From NCBI GenBank assembly GCA_040081325.1, contig JBEBGU010000001.1:1-48086 (forward strand): DNA of 48,086 nucleotides, in the 5' to 3' direction. Of the stretch, positions 19,373-29,005 are shown in pieces. This DNA comes from Prosthecobacter sp. Lineage in GTDB: Bacteria; Verrucomicrobiota; Verrucomicrobiia; Verrucomicrobiales; Verrucomicrobiaceae. The translations under genes and the position numbers were made by a program. Under the pieces are notes generated by a model that saw nothing but the letters and a program-made list of their open reading frames with translations, made no database searches and was not told the origin of the DNA. The stretch's first letter is position 1. Every line of letters starts with the position of its first letter.

Positions 19373-21322
19373 TCACCCTTTTCGCAGCATCACCGCCAGC
19401 AACGAAATCTCTGCCGGGGTGACGCCTTGGATGCGGGCGGCTTGGCCGAGGGTGGTGGGGCGGATCTCGGTGAGGCGGAGTTGGGCTTCTTTTTTCAGGC
19501 TGTGGACGGTGCTGTAATCGAAGTCGGGGGGGATGGCGTGGCCGTCCATGCGGGCGGTTTTGCCAATCATGACTTCCTGGCGCTGGACGTAGCCTTCGTA
19601 TTTCAGGCTGTAGTCGAGCTGCTGCCAGACGGCGTCGGGGAACTCGGTTCGTAGCTCGGCGGGGAGCTTGGTGTGGTCGTTTTCAGTCCGGCGAATCCAG
19701 GTGTGGAGCTTCATGCCCTGGTGACTGGTGGTCAGGGCGAACTGGGCGGCTTTGACGAGGAGGTCGGCTTTCTCCTGGGTGAGGCGGTTGCGGGTGGGGC
19801 ATGTGAGGCCGACCTCGGCGGCGCGGGGGGTGAGTCGGAGGTCGCAATTGTCCTGCCGGAGGAGGAGTCGATACTCGGCGCGGGAGGTGAAAAGGCGGTA
19901 GGGCTCGGTGACGCCCTTGGTGACGAGGTCGTCGATGAGCACGCCGAGATAGGCCTCGCTACGGCTGAGGATGAAGGGAGCTTTGCCCTGCACTTTCAGA
20001 GCGGCATTGGCCCCCGCGAGCAGGCCCTGACCGGCCGCCTCTTCGTAACCGGAGGTGCCATTGATCTGGCCGGCAAAGTAGAGGCCGGAGATACGCTTCG
20101 TTTCCAGCGTCGGGTAGAGCTGGGTAGGCGGGCAGTAATCGTACTCCACCGCGTAACCGGGGCGGATGATCTCGGCCTTTTCCAGGCCCGTGATGCTGCG
20201 GATGAAGTCGTGCTGCACCTCATAGGGCAGGGAAGTGGAGACACCGTTGATGTAGAACTCGCGGGTGTGGCGACCCTCCGGTTCCAGGAAAACCTGGTGC
20301 CTTTCCTTCTCCGCAAAGCGCACCACCTTGTCCTCGATGGAGGGACAATAACGGGGCCCAACCCCCTCGATCCGCCCGCAATACATGGGGGACTTGTCCA
20401 GATTTGCCCGGATAATGTCGTGCGTTTGAGGGTTTGTGTAGGTGATCCAGCAGGGAATTTGTTCCACGTGGAACGTTACAGGCCGCCAGGAATTGAGGGT
20501 GAAGAGGGATGAATGACGAATGACGAATGACGAATGACGAATGTCAGAGGGCTGCATGGCTTCGTCATTCGTCATTCTGCATTCGTCATTCCCGTCGTCG
20601 CCGTCTTCAGCTACCGTTCCAGAAAGAAAGCTAAACGGCGGCGGCGGGCTGTCTCCGGGCTGGATTTCGCACTTGGAAAAGTCGATGCTGCGGCTGTTGA
20701 TGCGGCAGGGGGTGCCGGTTTTGAAGCGTTTGATCTCGAATCCGAGGTGGGCAAGGCTGTCGGACAGGGTGGAAATGCTGTCGCCCATACGCCCACCAGC
20801 CTGGTTTTGCAGGCCGACGTGGAGGAGTCCGCGCATAAAAGTGCCGGACGAAATGATGACAGATTTGGCCCGGTAGATCATCCCAAGGCTGGTGCGGATG
20901 CCAGTGACGACATCGTTTTCGACCAAGATCTCAGCCGCATTCCCCTGATGCATGTCGAGGTTCGGCTGGTTCTCGATCAGCCACTTCATGCGAAACTGGT
21001 AAGCCTTCTTGTCGCACTGAGCGCGCGGAGCCTGGACGCTGGGGCCTTTCGTGGCATTGAGCATTCGGAACTGGATGCCCGTGGCGTCGGTATTCAGGCC
21101 CATCACTCCGCCCAGCGCATCAATCTCACGCACTACATGCCCTTTGGCCAAGCCGCCGATAGCAGGATTGCAGGACATCTGGGAGATCGTATCCAGATTC
21201 TGAGTGAGGATCGCTGTCTGGCAACCAAGCCGGGCGGCTGCCATCGCTGCCTCCACGCCCGCATGGCCAGCGCCGCAGACGATCACATCGTAGTGTTTGG
21301 GGAAAGTGTAGAGTGAAGACAT
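19373..21322 (-). CDS. mnmG: tRNA uridine-5-carboxymethylaminomethyl modification enzyme MnmG (GidA)
   Basis: [71 protein letters not shown]; start MSSLYTFPK at 21322. Confidence 0.97.
   Translation of the reverse strand: MSSLYTFPKHYDVIVCGAGHAGVEAAMAAARLGCQTAILTQNLDTISQMSCNPAIGGLAKGHVVREIDALGGVMGLNTDATGIQFRMLNATKGPSVQAPRAQCDKKAYQFRMKWLIENQPNLDMHQGNAAEILVENDVVTGIRTSLGMIYRAKSVIISSGTFMRGLLHVGLQNQAGGRMGDSISTLSDSLAHLGFEIKRFKTGTPCRINSRSIDFSKCEIQPGDSPPPPFSFLSGTVAEDGDDGNDECRMTNDEAMQPSDIRHSSFVIRHSSLFTLNSWRPVTFHVEQIPCWITYTNPQTHDIIRANLDKSPMYCGRIEGVGPRYCPSIEDKVVRFAEKERHQVFLEPEGRHTREFYINGVSTSLPYEVQHDFIRSITGLEKAEIIRPGYAVEYDYCPPTQLYPTLETKRISGLYFAGQINGTSGYEEAAGQGLLAGANAALKVQGKAPFILSRSEAYLGVLIDDLVTKGVTEPYRLFTSRAEYRLLLRQDNCDLRLTPRAAEVGLTCPTRNRLTQEKADLLVKAAQFALTTSHQGMKLHTWIRRTENDHTKLPAELRTEFPDAVWQQLDYSLKYEGYVQRQEVMIGKTARMDGHAIPPDFDYSTVHSLKKEAQLRLTEIRPTTLGQAARIQGVTPAEISLLAVMLRKG
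20460..20475. promoter_or_regulatory. parS site inside mnmG
   Basis: TGTTCCACGTGGAACG, 15/16 match to the palindrome TGTTCCACGTGGAACA; read as FHVEQ in MnmG. Confidence 0.8.
20506..20593. repeat. Heptamer-based inverted repeat element in frame within mnmG
   Basis: GAATGAC x4 plus GAATGTC (20511-20545), a spacer, then TTCGTCATTCGTCATTCTGCATTCGTCATTC (20561-20591). Confidence 0.9.
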
Positions 21323-21336
21323 GGAGATGGACAGGT

Positions 21337-21693
21337 TTAGCACAGGCGAGGGGAATGTTCCATGTGGAACAAGGCTTGGGCGACGCCTATACTGAGGGGC
21401 GCAAGTGCATAGGCACAGAGAAAGAATCCAACTACACCCAACAGAACGAATAGCAGTAGGGTGCGCCAACTCCTTGGTTCTCGCGGACGATTACAAAGTG
21501 AAATGATGATGAGTGCTAGCCCGAACGGCCAAGCGAGAATTGTGAGAAGGGCAGCGAAGAGAGGAATGGCATACAGGTATTTCCATGCTTGAGGAACCAG
21601 GTAACAGGAAGCTGTTAGAAGCCATGATAGGCCGATGAGCATCGCTATTCCTTGTGCCCATTCGATGAGATCTGGTTCTTTGGGTGAGTGCAT
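21337..21693 (-). CDS. Hypothetical membrane protein (about 3 TM helices)
   Basis: 118-aa hydrophobic ORF, more AT-rich than its neighbours, directly upstream of mnmG. Confidence 0.6.
   Translation of the reverse strand: MHSPKEPDLIEWAQGIAMLIGLSWLLTASCYLVPQAWKYLYAIPLFAALLTILAWPFGLALIIISLCNRPREPRSWRTLLLFVLLGVVGFFLCAYALAPLSIGVAQALFHMEHSPRLC
21356..21371. promoter_or_regulatory. parS site upstream of mnmG
   Basis: TGTTCCATGTGGAACA, 15/16 match to TGTTCCACGTGGAACA, 34 bp upstream of the mnmG start. Confidence 0.8.
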
Positions 21694-21703
21694 GGGCTTT
21701 CAC

Positions 21704-21736
21704 AAAAAGCCCCGATGGCTTGTGGCGCATCGGGGC
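21704..21736 (-). terminator. Intrinsic terminator downstream of the Gfo/Idh/MocA gene
   Basis: GCCCCGATG/CATCGGGGC 9-bp stem; AAAAA on + gives a U-tract after the stem on the minus strand. Confidence 0.7.
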
Positions 21737-21749
21737 GGGGGAAGGGGAG

Positions 21750-21852
21750 TTTTGAACCGCTAACTTGACGCTGATGAGACGCTAATAAGAAGAAGTCAGG
21801 ATCTGGGTTTCTGTCATTAGCGTCTGGTTAGCGTCCCATTAGCGGTTCAAAA
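21750..21852. repeat. 103-bp inverted repeat element with internal 11-bp subrepeats
   Basis: Arms TTTTGAACCGCTAACTTGACGCTGATGAGACGCTAAT (21750-21786) and ATTAGCGTCTGGTTAGCGTCCCATTAGCGGTTCAAAA (21816-21852). Confidence 0.88.
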
Positions 21853-21857
21853 GGGTC

Positions 21858-23015
21858 TTATCGGAAGCTCTTGGCGAAGTCATCGGCGCTGGCTTTGGCG
21901 ACGACTTTGGTTTTCTGGAAGGTGCTCTTTTCGCCCTTCTCGATGAGGATGCGCTCGTAATCGGCGCTGCTCATGGGGAGTTCGATGGCTTTGTCCTGCC
22001 AGGTGCTGAGGAGGATGGCGTTCGCCAGCTCGACGCTGTAAATGCCCTGCTCGGCGGGGGAGAGGAGCTTTTCACCTTTGAGGATGGCGTTGGTGAAGTT
22101 TTGCAGGATCTCGATGTGCTGCCCACCGGTCTCAGCGACGGGGATTTCCATGTGCCAGGATTCGGGCATGGCGAAGGCAGCTTCGGCTTCCATGCAGAAT
22201 TTGCTCATGGGCTGGCGGTTGCGCTGGAAGTGGATTTTGTTGCCGTCAGTGACGGTGAGACGGCCTTGCTCGCCGGTGATTTCGAGCTTGTTCACGCCTG
22301 GGGCCTCGCCGGTGGAGGTGACAAAGGTGGCGGTGGTGCCGTTGTCGTATTGCAGCACAGCAGTGACATCGTCCTCGACTTCGATCTCATGGAAGCGGCC
22401 GAACTGGCAGAAACCACGGACCTTTTGCGGCATGCCAAACATCCACTGGAAGAGGTCGAGGTTGTGCGGGCACTGGTTCATGAGCACGCCGCCGCCCTCG
22501 CCTTTCCATGTACCGCGCCAGCCGCCGGTGGCATAGTAGTAGTTGGTGCGGAACCAGTTGGTGACTTCCCAGTGGACGCGACGCACGGTGCCGAGCTCGC
22601 CGCTGTCGATGAGGTCTTTGACTTTTTTGAAGCAAGCATTCGTGCGCATGTTGAACATGGCCGCGAAGATCTTTGTTTTGTCCGTGTGCGCGGCGATCAG
22701 GCGCTCGCAGTCGGCCTTGTGGACGGAGATGGGCTTCTCAACGAGCACGTGTAGCCCAGCGCCCAGCGCCTCGATGCCGATGGTGGTGTGGCTGAAATGC
22801 GGGGTGCAGATGAGGATGGCATCGATGAGGCCCGACTTGATCATGAGGCTGACATCGGTGAATGCCTGCTCGCCATCCTGAAGCGGTGGGATGGCGCCGT
22901 GGCTTTCGCACAGGCAGGTGACTTTGAGTCCGGGGACCTTGCCGGCGCGAATGTTTCCGAGATGGGCTTTGCCCATATTGCCGAGTCCAACGATGCCAAG
23001 TCTGACGGTTTCCAT
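21858..23015 (-). CDS. Gfo/Idh/MocA-family oxidoreductase
   Basis: RLGIVGLGNMG, ICTPHFSH, HVLVEKP, GGGVLMNQCPHNLD. Confidence 0.95.
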   Translation of the reverse strand: METVRLGIVGLGNMGKAHLGNIRAGKVPGLKVTCLCESHGAIPPLQDGEQAFTDVSLMIKSGLIDAILICTPHFSHTTIGIEALGAGLHVLVEKPISVHKADCERLIAAHTDKTKIFAAMFNMRTNACFKKVKDLIDSGELGTVRRVHWEVTNWFRTNYYYATGGWRGTWKGEGGGVLMNQCPHNLDLFQWMFGMPQKVRGFCQFGRFHEIEVEDDVTAVLQYDNGTTATFVTSTGEAPGVNKLEITGEQGRLTVTDGNKIHFQRNRQPMSKFCMEAEAAFAMPESWHMEIPVAETGGQHIEILQNFTNAILKGEKLLSPAEQGIYSVELANAILLSTWQDKAIELPMSSADYERILIEKGEKSTFQKTKVVAKASADDFAKSFR

Positions 23016-23110
23016 AGTGTGAGGAGAAGGGTTTTGGTTAGGCCTTCAGGCTAGCGGAAGCCTCCTACATGGTCAAGCCATGACACGCCCCGAAGCCGCT
23101 ACTTTTATGC

Positions 23111-23467
23111 TCACTTTGCCGAACCGCCGAGCTTCTTCACCTGATGGGAGAGACGTTTCATGAGGTTGTTGCACACGTTGTCACAAAGATCGGTAATGGT
23201 GGGGTCGGAGATGAAGCAGATGGCGGTGAGGCCCTCACGACGGCGACCCACCATGCCGGCATCGACGAGCGACTGCACATGCCGGGAGACGTTCGCCTGC
23301 GTCAGGCCGGTGGCGGTGACGAGTTCAGTGATGTTTTTTTCACCTTCCTCGAGGGCGCGCAGGATTTTCAGGCGACTGGGTTCGGCGAGCGTGCGGAACC
23401 AAGAGGCGATCATGATGAGCGCTTCTTCTGACACTGGAGGCGGAGTTTTTTTTGTGCGTGCGGCCAT
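23111..23467 (-). CDS. ArsR/SmtB-family repressor
   Basis: FRTLAEPSRLKILRAL...TQANVSRHVQSL...RRREG; C-terminal LCDNVC. Confidence 0.93.
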   Translation of the reverse strand: MAARTKKTPPPVSEEALIMIASWFRTLAEPSRLKILRALEEGEKNITELVTATGLTQANVSRHVQSLVDAGMVGRRREGLTAICFISDPTITDLCDNVCNNLMKRLSHQVKKLGGSAK

Positions 23468-23493
23468 GATAAGAAAATGATTGCGCTTCAATT

Positions 23494-23517
23494 CTATATG
23501 CGTATAAACTCATATAG
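23494..23517. promoter_or_regulatory. Putative ArsR operator in a divergent promoter
   Basis: 24-bp imperfect palindrome CTATATGCGTAT-AAACTCATATAG (10/12 pairs) between arsR and the DUF2892-RND operon. Confidence 0.7.
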
Positions 23518-23574
23518 TTGAGTTGAATTATCCCTCAAGACAGTTCGGCGTCAACATCGAATCCACCCACCGCC

Positions 23575-23781
23575 ATGAAACTCGAAAACATCATCCGCGC
23601 CCTCGCTGGCACATTGATCCTCACCAGTCTCGCTCTCGCGCACTTCGTGCATCCGAACTGGCTCTGGTTCACTGCTTTCGTCGGCGCGAACCTGCTTCAA
23701 TCCGCCTTCACGGGCTTCTGTCCGGCCGAGATGATCCTGAAAAAACTCGGCATCGGCGGTTCATGCTGCGCCGGAAAATAA
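23575..23781 (+). CDS. DUF2892 (YgaP-like) membrane protein
   Basis: IRALAGTLILTSL...WLWFTAFVGANLLQSAFTGFCPAEMILKKLG. Confidence 0.9.
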   Translation: MKLENIIRALAGTLILTSLALAHFVHPNWLWFTAFVGANLLQSAFTGFCPAEMILKKLGIGGSCCAGK

Positions 23782-23797
23782 CTTCACGCATCCCGTC

Positions 23798-24805
23798 ATG
23801 AATCGACTTCTCCCGCTACTTCCTCTGCTTGTGCTGGGCGCTTGTGGAAAACACGAGCCCACTGCACAAAACGCCGCTCCGCTTCCAAGCTTCACGGTGA
23901 AGGCGCAGACGGCGAAGCTGGAACCCCACACCGCCACCGAGGAGGTCGTGGGCACGGTGCGCTCGAAACAACGCGCCGTCGTCGAGGCGAAGGTCAGCGG
24001 TCGCGTGCTCGAATACACCGCCACGCCCGGAGCGATGGTGAAGGCGGGCGATTTGCTCGCCCGGCTCGATGTGCAGGAGATTCAGGCGAAAGTCGATCAG
24101 GCCCGCGCGATGCTCGATCAGGCGAAACGCGACTTTGATCGTCAAAAACAACTCATCGCCAGCAATGCGACCACGCGGCAGGAATTCGACGCCACCGAGG
24201 CTCGCGTGAAAATCGGCACCGGAGCCGTCAGCGAAGCGGAAACGATGATGAGCTACGCCAAAGTCACCGCGCCCTTCGATGGCGTCGTCACACGCAAGCT
24301 CGCCGATGTGGGCGATCTGGCGATGCCGGGCAAACCGTTGCTGGAAATCGAAGCCCCCACCTCGCTGCGCTTTGAAGCCGATCTGCCCGAAGCCATTCTC
24401 GACCGCGTGAAGCTCGGTGAAAAGATGGCTGTGCGCCTCGCGAAGCTCATCGAAGGCACCGTGAGCGAAATTTCGCCCGTGGCCGATCCCGTGAGCCGCA
24501 CCTTTAATGTGAAGCTCGACCTTCCTCCGACCGATGGACTGCGCACCGGTCAGTTTGGTCGTGTCTCGGTGCCCGTGGCCGAGGTGAAACTGCTCCTCGT
24601 GCCTCAAAATGCCGTTTTGAAGCGTGGCCAGATGGAACTCGTCTTCGTCGCCAAAGAGGGCAAAGCCGCACTGCGTCTCGTGAAGACCGGCAAGGTGCTC
24701 GAAGACCGCGTGGAGGTGCTTTCCGGCCTCGAAGAAGGTGAACAGATCATCGTGAGCGAAAGCGCGAAACTCACCGACGGCCAACCCGTGACCATCCAGC
24801 CATGA
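23798..24805 (+). CDS. RND efflux periplasmic adaptor (lipoprotein)
   Basis: Lipobox LGAC; [44 protein letters not shown]. Confidence 0.93.
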   Translation: MNRLLPLLPLLVLGACGKHEPTAQNAAPLPSFTVKAQTAKLEPHTATEEVVGTVRSKQRAVVEAKVSGRVLEYTATPGAMVKAGDLLARLDVQEIQAKVDQARAMLDQAKRDFDRQKQLIASNATTRQEFDATEARVKIGTGAVSEAETMMSYAKVTAPFDGVVTRKLADVGDLAMPGKPLLEIEAPTSLRFEADLPEAILDRVKLGEKMAVRLAKLIEGTVSEISPVADPVSRTFNVKLDLPPTDGLRTGQFGRVSVPVAEVKLLLVPQNAVLKRGQMELVFVAKEGKAALRLVKTGKVLEDRVEVLSGLEEGEQIIVSESAKLTDGQPVTIQP

Positions 24806-27800
24806 GCGAGCCTTCCTCCAGCCATCTCGGCATCGCAGGCCGCATCGCGGCGGCGTTCATTGATTCCAAGCTGACGCCGCTGGTGGTCATCGCGTCCGTC
24901 TTGCTCGGCGCGGCGGCGGTGGTGCTGCTGCCGCGTGAAGAAGAGCCGCAGATCAAGGTGCCGATGGTCGATGTGATGGTTTCCATGCCCGGCTCCACCG
25001 CGAAGGAAATCGAGGAACGCGCCACGCGACCGATGGAAAAGCTGCTATGGGAGGTGCCCGGCGTGGAGTACCTCTACAGCACGTCACGCGACAGCGAGAG
25101 CCTCGTCATCGTGCGTTTCAAAGTGGGCGAGGACCCGGAGCGCAGCCTGGTGAAGATCACCGAGAAGTTGCGCTCGAACTTCGACCGCATCCCGATGGGT
25201 GTCACGATGCCCATCGTGAAGCCAAAGAGCATCGACGACGTGCCGATCCTCGCGCTCACCTTTCACAGCGCCCGTTACGATCACCTCACGCTGCGCCGTT
25301 TGGCCGCACAGGTCGATGAATCCATCAAACAAGTGCCGCTCGTGGCCGAGACGACGCTACTCGGTGGTTCTCGTCGCGCCGTGCGTGTGATGCTTGATCC
25401 CGTGAAACTCGCTTCGCGAAATCTTAGCCCGGCAGGCCTCGTGCCGATGCTCCAGCAGGCGAATCGGCAGTTCCGCGCAGGCGGCCTGACCACCGGCAAC
25501 AACGAAGTGCTCGTCGAAACCGGCGGCTTTCTAAAAACCGCTCACGAAGTCGGTGATGTCGTCATCGGTGTCTTCAGCGGTCGCCCAGTGTATCTGCGTG
25601 AGGTCGCCGAGATCGTCGATGGAGGCGAGGAGCCGACGCAATACGTCTTCCACGGCTCTAAAACGAACGACGAACCCGCCGTGACGCTCAGCATCGCTAA
25701 ACGCCCTGGCGCGAATGCGATCAGCGTGGCCGATGAAGTGCTGCGCAAAGTCGATCTGCTCAAAGGCAGCGTCATTCCTGCCGATGTCGCCGTCAGCATC
25801 ACGCGGAACTACGGCGAGACGGCAGCGGAGAAATCCAACGAGCTGCTGCTGCACATGGGCATCGCCGTGTTCAGCGTGGCGATCCTCATTTGGCTCACGC
25901 TCGGCTGGCGGGAGAGCGGCATCGTCGCGGTGGCCATTCCGGCCACGCTGGCGCTCACGCTGCTCGTTTTTTACCTCTACGGCTTCACGCTGAATCGCAT
26001 CACGCTCTTCGCGCTCATCTTCAGCATCGGCATCCTTGTCGATGACGCCATCGTCGTGGTGGAAAACATTGTTCGGCATTTCCATCTGCCGCAAAACAAA
26101 GGCCGCAACTGGTCTGCCATCGCCGTGGAAGCCGTCGGCGAAGTGGGCAATCCCACGATCCTCGCCACCTTCGCCGTCATCGCGGCCGTGCTGCCGATGG
26201 CCTTCGTCGGTGGCCTCATGGGGCCTTACATGCGCCCGATTCCGATTGGTGCCAGCGCGGCGATGTTTTGGTCGCTGCTGATCGCTTTCATCGTCACGCC
26301 CTGGGCTTCGATTCGCATTCTGCGTTGGGGAAAGAAATATTCGACGCTCACCGACGGCACGCCATCAGCCAAAGATCTCGAACATCACGACGCCAGCGAG
26401 CATCCCGAAGATTTCTTCACGAAACTCTACCGCCGTGTCATGGGACCGTTGCTGCATCACGCTGGCTGGCGCTGGACGTTTCTCATCGGCATCACCGTGT
26501 TGTTGCTTGGCTCGATGGCGACCGTCGGACTCGGTTGGGTGAAGGTGAAAATGCTGCCCTTCGACAACAAGAGCGAATTCCAAGTCATCCTGAACATGCC
26601 GGAAGGCTCGTCGCTGGAGCAAACCGCCGCCGTCGCTCGCGAAATGGCTGTGGCGATCCGCACCGAGCCTGAGGTCACGGATTATCAGGTGTATGCCGGT
26701 GTTGCGTCGCCTTACAATTTCAACGGCCTCGTGCGTCATTACTTCATGCGTCGCGGTGCCAATGTCGCCGACATCCAGGTGAACCTCGTCGGCAAACACG
26801 AACGCAAAGCGCAGAGCCACGACATCGCCAAACGCATCCGTCCTGCCGTCACGGCCATCGCGGATCGCTACAAAGCCCGTGTCGCCATCGCCGAGGTGCC
26901 GCCCGGCCCGCCGGTGCTGCAAACGCTCGTCGCCGAGATTTATGGGCCTAACGAAGAAGCTCGACAGAAGCTCGCCGAAGCCGTGAAGACCATCTTCAAG
27001 GCCACGCCAGGCGTGGTGGATGTCGATTGGTATATCGAGGCCGATCAGCAAAAAGCTCGCTTCATCATCGACAAAGAAAAAGCCGCGCTTCACGGCATCA
27101 GCGCGGCCACGATCTCGCAGACGCTCAAGATCGCCGTCGATGGCGAAAATGTCGATTTGCTGCATCAGCCCGAGGAGAAGGAAGACGTCAATATTCGCCT
27201 CGAACTGCCTCGCAGCGCCAAAACCACGCCGGAGGAGCTTTTGGCGCTCCGCGTGCGTTCCGGCGATGCCAATGCGCTGCCCGAACCCGGTGCCAGCGGC
27301 TCGCCGCTCGTGCCGTTGCGTGAGCTGGTGAAGGTGGAGCACGTCACCGTCGAGAAGAGCCTCTATCACAAGAACCTCATGCCCGTGACCTACGTCATCG
27401 GTGATGTGGCCGGGATCGTTGAAAGCCCCGTGTATGCCATTTTTCAGATGAATGAGGCACTCAAGAAGCTCGACACCCGCGAGTTCGGCGGCAGCGGCGC
27501 GGAACTGCAAATCCTCAACGCCTCCATGCCCTTCAGCGACGCCGAGCCCGCGATGAAATGGGACGGCGAATGGCACATCACCATCGAAGTCTTCCGCGAT
27601 CTCGGCGCGGCTTTCGGTGCATGTATCATCCTGATTTACGTCCTCATGGTCGGCTGGTTTCGCAGCTTTTTGACGCCCGCCATCGTCATGATCGCCATTC
27701 CGTTCTCGCTTGTCGGCATCCTGCCTGCACACGGATTGATGGACGCCTTCTTCTCCGCCACCAGCATGATCGGTTTCATGGCTGGCGGCGGCATCGTGGT

Positions 27801-28086
27801 GCGAAACAGCATCATCCTCGTCGATTTCATCGAGCTACGCGTGCGTGAAGGCATGCCGCTGAGCGAGGCCGTGATCGACGCCGGAGCCGTGCGCTTTCGC
27901 CCCATGCTGCTCACCGCCATGGCCGTCGTCGTCGGAGCCGCCGTCATCCTCGCCGATCCAATTTTCCAAGGCCTCGCCATCGCCCTGATGGCCGGCGAAA
28001 TCGCCAGCCTGTTCATCAGCCGCATGGCCGTGCCGGTGTTGTACTACATGGCTAACAAACATTCTCACCCCGAACCCAAACACTGA
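24802..28086 (+). CDS. RND efflux permease subunit (AcrB/CusA superfamily)
   Basis: 1094 aa; [45 protein letters not shown]. Confidence 0.95.
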   Translation: MSEPSSSHLGIAGRIAAAFIDSKLTPLVVIASVLLGAAAVVLLPREEEPQIKVPMVDVMVSMPGSTAKEIEERATRPMEKLLWEVPGVEYLYSTSRDSESLVIVRFKVGEDPERSLVKITEKLRSNFDRIPMGVTMPIVKPKSIDDVPILALTFHSARYDHLTLRRLAAQVDESIKQVPLVAETTLLGGSRRAVRVMLDPVKLASRNLSPAGLVPMLQQANRQFRAGGLTTGNNEVLVETGGFLKTAHEVGDVVIGVFSGRPVYLREVAEIVDGGEEPTQYVFHGSKTNDEPAVTLSIAKRPGANAISVADEVLRKVDLLKGSVIPADVAVSITRNYGETAAEKSNELLLHMGIAVFSVAILIWLTLGWRESGIVAVAIPATLALTLLVFYLYGFTLNRITLFALIFSIGILVDDAIVVVENIVRHFHLPQNKGRNWSAIAVEAVGEVGNPTILATFAVIAAVLPMAFVGGLMGPYMRPIPIGASAAMFWSLLIAFIVTPWASIRILRWGKKYSTLTDGTPSAKDLEHHDASEHPEDFFTKLYRRVMGPLLHHAGWRWTFLIGITVLLLGSMATVGLGWVKVKMLPFDNKSEFQVILNMPEGSSLEQTAAVAREMAVAIRTEPEVTDYQVYAGVASPYNFNGLVRHYFMRRGANVADIQVNLVGKHERKAQSHDIAKRIRPAVTAIADRYKARVAIAEVPPGPPVLQTLVAEIYGPNEEARQKLAEAVKTIFKATPGVVDVDWYIEADQQKARFIIDKEKAALHGISAATISQTLKIAVDGENVDLLHQPEEKEDVNIRLELPRSAKTTPEELLALRVRSGDANALPEPGASGSPLVPLRELVKVEHVTVEKSLYHKNLMPVTYVIGDVAGIVESPVYAIFQMNEALKKLDTREFGGSGAELQILNASMPFSDAEPAMKWDGEWHITIEVFRDLGAAFGACIILIYVLMVGWFRSFLTPAIVMIAIPFSLVGILPAHGLMDAFFSATSMIGFMAGGGIVVRNSIILVDFIELRVREGMPLSEAVIDAGAVRFRPMLLTAMAVVVGAAVILADPIFQGLAIALMAGEIASLFISRMAVPVLYYMANKHSHPEPKH

Positions 28087-28087
28087 T

Positions 28088-28318
28088 ATGAAACCCAACA
28101 TTGGAACAGTCGATCGCGCCCTGCGCATCCTTCTCGGCCTCGGCCTCATCGCCTACGGCATCGTCAATCACTCCTGGCTCGGAGCCATCGGCACCGTGCC
28201 GCTGCTCACCGCCTTCATCCGCTTCTGCCCGCTGTATGCCCCGCTCGGCATCAGCACTTGCGGCAAAGGCGGCAATGACAAAGGCGGCGGTTGCTGCGGT
28301 GGCGGGAAATGCTGCTAA
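28088..28318 (+). CDS. DUF2892 membrane protein
   Basis: MKPNIGTVDRALRILLG...PLLTAFIRFCPLYAPLGISTC; tail GGGCCGGGKCC. Confidence 0.9.
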   Translation: MKPNIGTVDRALRILLGLGLIAYGIVNHSWLGAIGTVPLLTAFIRFCPLYAPLGISTCGKGGNDKGGGCCGGGKCC

Positions 28319-28322
28319 TTCC

Positions 28323-28490
28323 ATGACACGCTTTCTCATCCCCATCGCCATCGGAGCCGTCCTCGGCTCGGCGATGGGCTACTTTGGCCAATGCAGCTCC
28401 GGCACCTGTCCGCTCACCTCCACCTGGTGGCGCGGTGCCATCTACGGTGGCGTGATGGGACTGCTCTTCAGCATGAGTTCACGTCATTAA
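28323..28490 (+). CDS. Small membrane protein, DUF6132-like
   Basis: MTRFLIPIAIGAVLGSAMGYFGQCSSGTCPLTSTWWRGAIYGGVMGLLF; CxSGTCPLTS motif; ATG at 28323. Confidence 0.75.
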   Translation: MTRFLIPIAIGAVLGSAMGYFGQCSSGTCPLTSTWWRGAIYGGVMGLLFSMSSRH

Positions 28491-28496
28491 GCCGCC

Positions 28497-28895
28497 TCAA
28501 CGCCGTGCGGCGTTGAGGAATTCATCCAGTTTGTTCAGCACGTCCTGCATCTGGCTCTGGTTGTAATTGAAGTCCGCGCTTTGGCCCAGCGTGCTCACAC
28601 CGTTCGTGTTGTTGCTGGTTCCGCTGATGGCGTTGTCGAGCTGCGCTTGGGAAACTTCACCCGTCGGGCCGACTTCTCCCTGCGGGATGTCGAAGGTGAA
28701 GTGGAGTGTGTTGCCGGTGACACTCAGACTCACGCTAGCTGGATTACCTGGCGGCAACGTATTCACGCCATCGACTTGCGCGGCGGTGATGGTGAAAATG
28801 GCGTCAATCAGCGCTTTGAGACTAGTGAGTTGGCTGCGCATCTCTGCCGATGAGTTCGGCGAGTTGTTCGCGGGTTTGGTGGGATCGAAGGGCAC
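28497..28895 (-). CDS. Hypothetical protein resembling phage fibre/collagen-hinge proteins
   Basis: 132 aa from GTG; TLPPGNPASVS...LHFTFDIPQGEVGPTGEV segment with three Gly-X-Y triplets; amphipathic helices at both ends. Confidence 0.75.
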   Translation of the reverse strand: MPFDPTKPANNSPNSSAEMRSQLTSLKALIDAIFTITAAQVDGVNTLPPGNPASVSLSVTGNTLHFTFDIPQGEVGPTGEVSQAQLDNAISGTSNNTNGVSTLGQSADFNYNQSQMQDVLNKLDEFLNAARR

Positions 28896-28920
28896 GGTTG
28901 AAATGAGCGTTTAAGTTTTC

Positions 28921-28991
28921 GACAGAGGAATGCGGACAAGGGAATGGTTTGAAAAGGAAAGGGTTTATTCCTCTGTCCGCATTCCCTTGTC
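28921..28991. repeat. Inverted repeat element with 14-bp internal period
   Basis: GACAGAGGAATGCGGACAAGGGAAT (28921-28945) and ATTCCTCTGTCCGCATTCCCTTGTC (28967-28991). Confidence 0.88.
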
Positions 28992-29005
28992 TAAATATCA
29001 GGGCA

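Noticed and set aside
21323-21469. N-terminal extension of MnmG in the ORF track
   Set aside because: Homology starts at [15 protein letters not shown] (21322); the extension overlaps the upstream membrane-protein ORF.
15600-23600. oriC within the window
   Set aside because: I saw no cluster of DnaA boxes (TTATCCACA), no AT-rich unwinding element and no dnaA gene, despite parS and mnmG.
2282-27732. Long antisense ORFs (e.g. 2282-3376, 23816-24784, 26365-27732)
   Set aside because: They lie opposite well-supported genes and are expected from GC-rich codon bias; no recognisable motifs.
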